From Kiloniellales bacterium (lineage in GTDB: Bacteria > Pseudomonadota > Alphaproteobacteria > Kiloniellales > JAKSDN01), in assembly GCA_041617155.1 (NCBI GenBank), contig JBFJPL010000007.1:107-64106 (forward strand): a stretch of DNA of 64,000 bases. Direction: 5' to 3'. Made by a program: the position numbers and the translations under genes. Below the pieces are notes generated by a model. The model was not told the DNA's origin and ran no database searches. It saw only the letters and a list, made by a program, of their open reading frames with translations. Shown here piece after piece: positions 56,772 to 64,000 of this stretch (position 1 is the stretch's first letter; each line of letters begins with the position of its first letter).

Positions 56772-58760
56772 ATGGAAGCCAAAGTTGTCTGGCTCTTTGT
56801 CTTCGTCGCGCTCTATTGGGCCTATTGCATCTTCTGGGGCATCAAGTCGGCGATGACGGCGAAGACCGCCTCTGATTACTTCATCGCCGGACGGCGTCTG
56901 TCGATCTGGGTCTTCATCCTGGCGGCGACGGCCACGTCGTTTTCCGGCTGGACCTTCATGGGCCATCCGGGCCTCGTCTACCGCGACGGGTTCCAATACG
57001 CCTATGCGTCGTTCTACACCATCACCATTCCCTTCACCGGCGTGATGTTCCTGAAGCGCCAGTGGATGCTGGGCAAGCGCTACGGCTACGTGACGCCGGG
57101 CGAGATGCTGGCGGACTACTTCCGGGGCGATGCGATCCGCATCCTGGTCGTGCTGGTGGCGTTGTTGTTCTCGATCCCGTATCTCGGCGTGCAGCTGGGC
57201 GCCTCGGGCTTCCTGTTCAACGTGCTGACCGACGGCCTGATTCACGAGGAAGTGGGCATGTGGGTGCTGTCGCTGGTGGTGCTGATCTATGTCGCCTCGG
57301 GCGGTCTTCGGGCGGTGGCCTACGTGGACACTGTGCAGTGCATCCTGCTGGCGGTCGGCATTATGATCACGGGCGTCATCGCGCTCGATCTGGTCGGCGG
57401 CTGGGGCGCCCTGAACGAGGGCTTCGCGGCGATCGGCCGCTCGAACCTGGGCAAGTGGGGCGTCACGGAAGATGGCTACAACGCCTATCTCGCGATTCCC
57501 GGCGTGATCCAGTTCACCGCGGGCCTGGGCAAGGAAACCCCGGTCGGCGGCTTGTGGACCGGCGTCATGTGTCTGACCTACATGTTCGCGCTCATGGGCA
57601 TCCAATCGGCGCCGGCCTTCTCGATGTGGGCGTTCGGCAACCAGAGCCCGAAGCCCTTCGCGCCGCAACAGGTCTGGGCCTCGTCGTTCTGCATCGGCTT
57701 TATCCTGTTCTTCTTCACCGCCTTCCAGGGCATGGGCGCCCATCTGTTGGGCGGCAACCCGGCCTTTAACGAAGCCGGGCTGGTGATCAACGAGGTACTG
57801 AACGGCCAGGAGATCGCAGGCAAGCCGGACTCGCTGGTGCCGCGCTACTTCAACCAGATCGCCGACTCCCTGCCGTGGCTGGTCGGCCTGTTGGCGGTTT
57901 GTGCCCTCGCGGCCATGCAGTCGACCGGCGCGGCCTACATGTCCACGGCCGGCGGCATGCTGACCCGCGACCTCTATAAGCGCTATCTGAATCCGACGGC
58001 CAGCCACACGACCCAAAAACTGTTCGGGCGTGCCGGCGTCGCCTTCATCGTGCTGTCGGCGCTCTTGGTCGCGACCTTCTCGAAGGATGCGCTTGTTCTG
58101 CTGGGCGGTTTGGCGGTCGCCTTCGGCTTCCAGATGTGGCCGGCTCTGGCGGCGATCTGCTGGTTTCCCTGGATCACCCGTCAGGGCGCGACCTGGGGTC
58201 TGGCGGCCGGCCTGATCGGGGTGATCTTCACCGAGACCTTCGGTCAGCAAATCGCTGGCGTGCTCGGTATCGACCTGCCTTGGGGCCGCTGGCCCTGGAC
58301 CATCCATTCGGCCGGCTGGGGCATAATCCTCAACCTCGCCGTTTGCATCCCGGTTTCGTACCTCACCCAGAACTCGGGGGATCTGGCTCACCGCATGAAG
58401 TATCATAACTTCCTGCGCGAGCATGCCAGCCTGTCGCCCAGCAAGCGCGGACTGGTCCCGATCGCCTGGGGTGTGACCCTGGCCTGGATGTTCTTCGGCA
58501 TCGGCCCGGGCGCGGTGATCGGCAACGACATCTTCGGCGCGCCGAACGCGGGCGTCGAGGGCTGGACCTTCGGCATTCCGTCGATCTGGGCCTGGCAGAT
58601 CCTGTTCTGGCTGCTGGGAACCGCGATGATGTGGTTCCTGGCCTACAAGATGGAGATGTCGACCGTGCCCGATAAGGAGGTCGAGGCTCTGGTCGAGGAT
58701 ATCGGCGACGTCGTTCAGACCCCGGCCGCCCAGGCCGGAGCCGGCGGCGCGGGTCGATAA
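56772..58760 (+). CDS. Sodium:solute symporter (SSS) family transporter with C-terminal extra membrane domain
   Basis: DYFIAGR, TSFSGWTFMGHPG, GGLRAVAYVD, ALAAMQST, LTRDLY; multi-TM; GAAGGGGG RBS. Confidence 0.92.
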   Translation: MEAKVVWLFVFVALYWAYCIFWGIKSAMTAKTASDYFIAGRRLSIWVFILAATATSFSGWTFMGHPGLVYRDGFQYAYASFYTITIPFTGVMFLKRQWMLGKRYGYVTPGEMLADYFRGDAIRILVVLVALLFSIPYLGVQLGASGFLFNVLTDGLIHEEVGMWVLSLVVLIYVASGGLRAVAYVDTVQCILLAVGIMITGVIALDLVGGWGALNEGFAAIGRSNLGKWGVTEDGYNAYLAIPGVIQFTAGLGKETPVGGLWTGVMCLTYMFALMGIQSAPAFSMWAFGNQSPKPFAPQQVWASSFCIGFILFFFTAFQGMGAHLLGGNPAFNEAGLVINEVLNGQEIAGKPDSLVPRYFNQIADSLPWLVGLLAVCALAAMQSTGAAYMSTAGGMLTRDLYKRYLNPTASHTTQKLFGRAGVAFIVLSALLVATFSKDALVLLGGLAVAFGFQMWPALAAICWFPWITRQGATWGLAAGLIGVIFTETFGQQIAGVLGIDLPWGRWPWTIHSAGWGIILNLAVCIPVSYLTQNSGDLAHRMKYHNFLREHASLSPSKRGLVPIAWGVTLAWMFFGIGPGAVIGNDIFGAPNAGVEGWTFGIPSIWAWQILFWLLGTAMMWFLAYKMEMSTVPDKEVEALVEDIGDVVQTPAAQAGAGGAGR

Positions 58761-58791
58761 CCTCGGTTCCTACATCAAGATCGGTACTTGC

Positions 58792-58824
58792 GGGGGAAGG
58801 ATCATCCTTCCCCCTTTTTCTTTT
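58792..58824 (+). terminator. Rho-independent terminator after the SSS gene
   Basis: GGGGGAAGGA-tca-TCCTTCCCCC stem-loop followed by TTTTTCTTTT. Confidence 0.85.
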
Positions 58825-58925
58825 CGTGGCGCGTTTCTTTTCGTGGCGCGCGGCGGCTTTGTCACGCCGGCTGCGGCTGCTAAAATCGCGCCCTCGTCAT
58901 CGGAGGCGTGCGGGAATTCGAGAAG

Positions 58926-59165
58926 ATGGAAGCTTTCTTCGCCAGGGACTACCTGTGGCTTTGGACGCTGGTCCTGACCGCCGCCCTGTTCCTCCCGGTG
59001 CGGCAACTGATCTGGGTGATCTACATGCGCCGGGCTCAACGCCAGGCTACGATCGAGGAAGCTGAAGGCCAGCGCCTTAAAAAGCGGGCGACGGTCACGG
59101 CCGTCTTGATCTGCTTCGTATTCTCGGTGCTCTACACCCAGTACCTGTTTCAGGGGCAGCCATGA
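58926..59165 (+). CDS. Small two-TM hypothetical membrane protein
   Basis: Two hydrophobic segments; ATGA overlap with the next gene. Confidence 0.7.
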   Translation: MEAFFARDYLWLWTLVLTAALFLPVRQLIWVIYMRRAQRQATIEEAEGQRLKKRATVTAVLICFVFSVLYTQYLFQGQP

Positions 59166-59773
59166 ATCCCCGGATCCTGCGTCGCTTTATCATCCTGATG
59201 GCGCTGCTGACCGCCGGCACCTTCATTTTCACCGATCTGCTCGACGATTTCATCACGCGGCCGCCGGGCGACATGGAAACCGAAATGGGCTCGATCCGTT
59301 TGGAAGACGGTCTGTACGACGAGGCGCTGGATTTTTACGACCAGGCCCTCGATATCCAGCCCAACCACCGCGGGGCCTTGATGGGCCGAGCCCTGGTGTT
59401 CGTGCAAACCGAGCGCTACGACGAAGCCATCGCCGAACTGGACCACCTGATCGCCTATCTGTCGGAAAATCTCGCGCCCGACGATCCGACCGGCCAGCGC
59501 GCGCTCGCAGCGGCCTACGCCAACCGCGGCACGGTATTTGATCGGCGCGGCGAGTACCAGAGCGCCCTGGACAACTATGTCGAGTCGCTCAAAATCGACC
59601 CGGAGCTAGGCGAGGGACCGGGGTTCATCCACAAGATCCTCTATGGCGCCGAAAAGGTCTCCTCGGTCCGCGGCCGGGCGCGCTACTTGTCCGAGCAGCT
59701 GCAGAAGCCGGAAGACGAACGGGTGCTCAGCATTCCCGAGCTCGACGCCAAGCAACGCATGTACAAGCCCTGA
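59162..59773 (+). CDS. Membrane-anchored TPR protein
   Basis: N-terminal TM; TPR motifs (EALDFYDQALDIQP, AYANRG, ALDNYVESLKIDP). Confidence 0.82.
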   Translation: MNPRILRRFIILMALLTAGTFIFTDLLDDFITRPPGDMETEMGSIRLEDGLYDEALDFYDQALDIQPNHRGALMGRALVFVQTERYDEAIAELDHLIAYLSENLAPDDPTGQRALAAAYANRGTVFDRRGEYQSALDNYVESLKIDPELGEGPGFIHKILYGAEKVSSVRGRARYLSEQLQKPEDERVLSIPELDAKQRMYKP

Positions 59774-59776
59774 GCC

Positions 59777-59986
59777 TCAGGGCCCGCCGAAGTTGACCAC
59801 TCCCAGGACGTCCTGGAACAGCACCAGGAAGAAGAAAGTCGCGGCGATACAGCCGAACAGCATGCGCACCAAGTCTGTCTTGCCCTCGGCATCGCGGTAG
59901 CTGATGCCGTGCCAGGCGATGAAGGCGGTCACCGCCAGGAAGATGGCGTTGAGCGGGGTTTCCCACTCTCCAGCGAATTCGAACAT
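59777..59986 (-). CDS. Small two-TM hypothetical membrane protein
   Basis: GAGGGG RBS, two hydrophobic segments, GC3-biased codons. Confidence 0.65.
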   Translation of the reverse strand: MFEFAGEWETPLNAIFLAVTAFIAWHGISYRDAEGKTDLVRMLFGCIAATFFFLVLFQDVLGVVNFGGP

Positions 59987-60054
59987 GCCCCTCACCTGCC
60001 TCGGCCGCCCAGCGTCGGCCCTTTGCGGGTTCTAGCAGATGCTGCCGGCCACGC

Positions 60055-60519
60055 CTAGTGATCGGCGGGCAGCTCTTTTTCCTGGAAGTAGGGCGGCAGG
60101 ATCGAGGTCGCCTTGCCGCCGGAAACCTCGCCGAGGAAGAGCGCCGCCACCAGCACCGCGGCCAGGACCAGACAGGCCATCGTGAAGTGGCGCACCCCCT
60201 GGGGCACGTGGGTGACGTATTCCTGGTCAAAGCGGTGGTATTGCGGGTCGCTGCTGTCGATCAGGCCGATCTCGGCTTGGCGGATGATCCGCATGGCGAA
60301 TTTCTCGGCCCATTCGGGCACCCGACCGTGCAACATATGGATTTTGAACATCCGGTCGCTGATGTGGTCGGCCATCTCCTGGCCGTACCATTCCTGATAA
60401 GCGAGCTGAAGCACCTGGAACTCGCCGATCTGCAAGATGTTGGCCGCCTGGGCGATAGCCGATTTCTCCGGGTTCTCTTCCCGGTCGGGGCGCATCAGAG
60501 TCTTCAACAGGCCGTTCAT
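60055..60519 (-). CDS. Hypothetical protein with C-terminal TM segment
   Basis: GC3-biased ORF (AANILQIGEFQVLQLAYQEWYG...SILPPYF). Confidence 0.7.
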   Translation of the reverse strand: MNGLLKTLMRPDREENPEKSAIAQAANILQIGEFQVLQLAYQEWYGQEMADHISDRMFKIHMLHGRVPEWAEKFAMRIIRQAEIGLIDSSDPQYHRFDQEYVTHVPQGVRHFTMACLVLAAVLVAALFLGEVSGGKATSILPPYFQEKELPADH

Positions 60520-60610
60520 GGCGCGGCACCTGATTCTAACGGTCTGCGAGAGTACCACAGGTAACGCCCGGACCGGGTGCACAAGCTGTCGATTTTTTCT
60601 GGCCGCGCGC

Positions 60611-61414
60611 TTAGAGGGGCGGCGCGCTTGCTTCCAAGGCACTCGCCGGCGACCGCGCAGCGTGGCGTTTTGCGGAAGTTCGGGACAGCGCTTTCAGGTA
60701 GCCCTTGACCGCCGCCGAGTAACCCATCTGTAGCGCATCGGCAGCCAGCGCGTGGCCTATCGACACCTCCAGCAGCCACGGTAGGCCGGCGACCAGCTTG
60801 GGCAGGTTGTCGCGCGTGAGGTCGTGGCCGGCATTGAGGCCCAGGCCGTGCTTCCGCGCCGCCTCGGCCGCCGCTATGCAGCGACCCAGCTCGCGCGCCT
60901 CGGCCATTGTGCCGAAGGCCGCGGCATAGGGTTCGGTATATAGCTCGACCCGGTCGGCGCCGACCTCGCGGGCCAGCGCCACGACCTCGGGCTCGGCGTC
61001 GACGAACAGCGAGACCCGCATGCCCTGGTCCTTCAGCTCGCCGACCACGCGCGTGAGCAAATCCTCGTTCGCGGCGATGTCCCAGCCGTGGTCCGAGGTC
61101 ACCGCATGGGGCTCGTCGGGCACCAGCGTGACCTGATCCGGCCGCACCTTGCCGACCAGCGCCAGGAACTCCGGCGTCGGGTTGCCCTCGACGTTGAACT
61201 CGACCGCCCCGCCGGTCACCTCGCTCAGCATCTGGGACAGCTCGAACACGTCGCTCCTGCGGATATGCCGCTCGTCAGGGCGCGGGTGAACCGTGATGCC
61301 GTGGGCGCCCGCCTCGATCACCGTACGCGCGGTCCCGATCACGCTGGGATAGCCGACCGTGCGCTGGTTGCGCAGCAGGGCCACCTTGTTGAGATTGACG
61401 CTGAGCTTGGTCAT
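60611..61414 (-). CDS. pdxJ: Pyridoxine 5'-phosphate synthase
   Basis: GITVHPRPDERHI, NVEG, TLVPD, VELYT, NAGHDL, EVSIGH. Confidence 0.93.
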   Translation of the reverse strand: MTKLSVNLNKVALLRNQRTVGYPSVIGTARTVIEAGAHGITVHPRPDERHIRRSDVFELSQMLSEVTGGAVEFNVEGNPTPEFLALVGKVRPDQVTLVPDEPHAVTSDHGWDIAANEDLLTRVVGELKDQGMRVSLFVDAEPEVVALAREVGADRVELYTEPYAAAFGTMAEARELGRCIAAAEAARKHGLGLNAGHDLTRDNLPKLVAGLPWLLEVSIGHALAADALQMGYSAAVKGYLKALSRTSAKRHAARSPASALEASAPPL

Positions 61415-61435
61415 GGGAGATTGGCCATTGCTTTC

Positions 61436-61531
61436 AAATTGTTATCGGAACAATTTCTTGTGGTGATCCGATCTTTGTAATAAAGTCGCGCTACACTTAG
61501 GTGTCAATAGCAATATTGTTATGCAAACAAT
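61436..61531. promoter_or_regulatory. Two ATTGTT-N5-AACAAT palindromes (candidate MocR operators)
   Basis: AAATTGTTatcggAACAATTT at 61436-61456 and ATTGTTatgcaAACAAT at 61515-61531. Confidence 0.7.
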
Positions 61532-62903
61532 CTGGCAGCCGGACCTGACCGGCAGCACGGGCCCGCTCTATCGGGCGATCGCCAACGGCCTGGCGGAAGA
61601 CATCCGGACCCGGCGTCTGGCCGCCGGCGACCGCCTGCCGACCATGCGCGATCTGGCGGAGACGCTGGAGGTCACGGTCGGCACGGTCTACCGGGCCTAT
61701 GAGCTGGCCGAAAAGCAGGGCCTGATCGTGCGCCAGATGGGCCGCGGCACCTTCGTGCGGCGGGCGCCCGTCCCGCGGTCCGCCGGCGAAGCCCAGGCCG
61801 CGAACGGCACGGTCGACCTCAGCCGCAACGAGCCGGTCGACATTCCCCTGGGCCTGACCCTGCAGCGCACCCTGGCCGAGATGGGCCGGCAGAGCGATCT
61901 CGAGGGCATGCTGGACTACGGCTACAGCCAGGGCCAGCCGCGCCACCGCGAGATCCTGGCCGGCTGGATCAAGGGCCGCGGCACCACGGCCGACCCGCAG
62001 CGCTTGATCGTGACCAGCGGCGCCCAGCAGGCCCTGACCATCGCGCTCGGGGCGCTCACCCGGGCCGGCGATACCCTGATGGTCGAGGAGCTGACTTACC
62101 CCGGCATCAAGAACCTGGCGCGCCTCTTCGGCCTCCGGCTACGGCCGGTGCGGATCGACGAGGACGGCCTGCTGCCCGAGGATTTCGCCCAAGCGGCCGG
62201 CGAGCCAGGGGCGCGCGTGCTCTATTGCATGCCCAACGCCCACAACCCGACGACCGCCACCCTGACCGCCGCGCGGCGCGAAGCGATCGCCGCGCTGGCG
62301 GCCGAACGGAACATCGTGATCCTGGAGGACGACGTCTACCCGCGCGGCGCCAGCAACCCGCTCGCCTCCTTCGCGGCGATCTGCCCCGAACAGGCGATCT
62401 ACATCAGCAGCCTGTCCAAGACCCTGGCGCCGGGCCTCAGGGTCGGCGCCATCTCCGCCCCGGCGCGGCTCTACCCTGACCTGGTCGCGGTCACCCAGAC
62501 GACCAGCTGGATGGCCCCGCCGCTGATGGCCGAGCTGGCCTGCCGCTGGATCGAGGACGGCACCCTGGCCGAACTGGACCGCGAGCGCGACCGCGTCACC
62601 CGCCACCTGCACGGCATCGCGGAATCCGCCCTGGCCGGCCTGCCCTATCGCCGCGAGCTGCACAACAACCACCTCTGGCTGCCGCTCGCCCAACCCTGGA
62701 CCGGCGGCGAGTTCGCCGCCAAGGCCGCCGACCGCGGCGTCCTGGTCGCCCCCGCCGCCGACTTCGCCATCGACTCCAACCGCGCCCCCGCCGCCGTGCG
62801 CCTCTGCCTGCCCAACATTGCCGAAGCGGCCCTGGCCGCCGCGCTCGGCAAGCTGGTCACGCTCGCCCGCGGCGGCCCGGGGCCGGCGGGATTCAGGATG
62901 TAG
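61521..62903 (+). CDS. MocR/GabR-family (GntR wHTH plus PLP aminotransferase-like) regulator
   Basis: GDRLPTMRDLA...TVYRAY...GRGTFV; TSGAQQAL, HNPT, EDDVY, SLSKTLAPGLRVG (PLP Lys). Confidence 0.93.
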   Translation: MQTIWQPDLTGSTGPLYRAIANGLAEDIRTRRLAAGDRLPTMRDLAETLEVTVGTVYRAYELAEKQGLIVRQMGRGTFVRRAPVPRSAGEAQAANGTVDLSRNEPVDIPLGLTLQRTLAEMGRQSDLEGMLDYGYSQGQPRHREILAGWIKGRGTTADPQRLIVTSGAQQALTIALGALTRAGDTLMVEELTYPGIKNLARLFGLRLRPVRIDEDGLLPEDFAQAAGEPGARVLYCMPNAHNPTTATLTAARREAIAALAAERNIVILEDDVYPRGASNPLASFAAICPEQAIYISSLSKTLAPGLRVGAISAPARLYPDLVAVTQTTSWMAPPLMAELACRWIEDGTLAELDRERDRVTRHLHGIAESALAGLPYRRELHNNHLWLPLAQPWTGGEFAAKAADRGVLVAPAADFAIDSNRAPAAVRLCLPNIAEAALAAALGKLVTLARGGPGPAGFRM

Positions 62904-63048
62904 GTGCGGGCACCTGCCGATCGATGAGTCATTTTCCGCTTGTTGAGCTTCACCACATCGCCCTAGCATTCTCCCCTTCGGAGAAGTACGCGGAGGCGTG
63001 CGTCCCGGAAGAAACAAGGACAAGAACGTCAAACTGGGGAGGCAGGAC

Positions 63049-64000
63049 ATGCCGAAAACAGGTTTCACATTGGGCGCGGCCGGCTTGGCCGCGATGTTCG
63101 CTTGGTCGGTTGCCGGCGCGGCGCCGCTGCAGAAGATCGGCGCCGGCGAGGGGGTCGTGGATATCGTCGCCTGGCCCGGCTACATCGAGCGCGGCGATAC
63201 CGACCCCAACTTCGACTGGGTGACCGATTTCGAAAAGGCCTCGGGCTGCAAGGTGCGGATCAAGACCGCTGGCACCTCGGACGAGATGGTCGCGCTGATG
63301 AACGAGGGCGGCTTCGACCTGGTCACCGCCTCGGGCGACGCCAGCCTCAGGCTGATCGCCGGCAAGCGGGTGCAGGAGGTCAACACCGCCCTGGTGCCGA
63401 GCTGGCAGGAGATCGACCCGCGCCTGCAGAACGCGCCCTGGCACGCGGTCGATGGCAAGCACTACGGCGTGCCCTATCAGTGGGGCTCCAACGTGCTGCT
63501 GTACAACACCGATGTTTTCAAAGAGCCGCCGACCAGCTGGAATGTGGTGTTCGAGGAGACCACCCTGCCCGACGGCAAGTCCAACAAGGGCCGGGTGCAG
63601 GCCTTCGACGGGCCGATCTACATCGCCGACGCGGCGCTCTACCTGAAGCACCACCGGCCGGAGCTCGGCATCAAGGACCCCTACGACCTGACCGAGGACC
63701 AGTACCAGGCGGCCCTCGCCCTGCTGCGCGGCCAGCGGCAGATCGTCAACCGCTATTGGCACGACCCCTTCATCCAGATCGACGACTTCACCAACGAGGG
63801 TGTCGTGGCTTCCTCCGCCTGGCCGTTCCAGGTCAATATCCTGCAGTCCAAGAAACAGCCGGTCGCCAGCACCGTGCCGGTCGAGGGCGCCACGGGCTGG
63901 GCCGACACCACCATGATGCACGCCCAGGCGCCGCACCCGAACTGCGCCTACATGTGGCTCGAGCACTCGATCAATCCCAAGCTCCAGGGCGACCTGGCAG
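63049..64000 (+). CDS. YdcS/PotD-like polyamine ABC transporter substrate-binding protein, 3'-truncated by window edge (absent from the ORF track)
   Basis: Translated by hand: MPKTGFTLGAAGLAAMFAWSVAGAAPLQKIGAGEGVVDIVAWPGYIERG...DLVTASGDAS...GVPYQWG...EGATGWAD; GGGAGG RBS. Confidence 0.85.
   Translation, partial: MPKTGFTLGAAGLAAMFAWSVAGAAPLQKIGAGEGVVDIVAWPGYIERGDTDPNFDWVTDFEKASGCKVRIKTAGTSDEMVALMNEGGFDLVTASGDASLRLIAGKRVQEVNTALVPSWQEIDPRLQNAPWHAVDGKHYGVPYQWGSNVLLYNTDVFKEPPTSWNVVFEETTLPDGKSNKGRVQAFDGPIYIADAALYLKHHRPELGIKDPYDLTEDQYQAALALLRGQRQIVNRYWHDPFIQIDDFTNEGVVASSAWPFQVNILQSKKQPVASTVPVEGATGWADTTMMHAQAPHPNCAYMWLEHSINPKLQGDLA

Overview
GC-rich alphaproteobacterial chromosome segment (Rhodospirillales-like gene order and sequence style; taxonomy is inferred). 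1-21.9 kb is the canonical dcw cluster (ftsI partial, murE, murF, mraY, murD, ftsW, murG, murC, murB, ddl, ftsQ, ftsA, ftsZ) followed by lpxC, bamD, recN and ligA. 21.9-47.2 kb mixes housekeeping and accessory genes: PLP dehydratase, TTC38-like TPR, PhyH dioxygenase, App1 phosphatase, PepP, a frameshifted NDH-2, a four-repeat DUF1127 protein, prmA, uvrD, M14 deacylase, a Cys-loop SH3 protein, an HtrA-like pseudoprotease, ClC-CBS, GNAT, pentapeptide protein, thioesterase, mlaA, mlaC, a frameshifted unknown, ettA, a DMT transporter and an orphan borosin-binding-domain-like small protein. 47.4-60.5 kb is the most interesting part: an SSS transporter/sensing locus with a CrbS-like SSS-STAC histidine kinase, two stand-alone receivers, a pseudokinase-DEDDh exonuclease fusion, a CBS-DUF294 nucleotidyltransferase and a ScfR/RamB-type XRE regulator carrying an internal DHp (HisKA) segment about 55% identical to that of the neighbouring kinase. 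This suggests an unusual phosphorelay or DHp-docking circuit. The window ends with pdxJ divergent from a MocR regulator (twin palindromic operators) and a truncated YdcS-like ABC binding protein. No rRNA, tRNA, CRISPR or transposase was recognised. All family calls come from motif recognition, not database searches.
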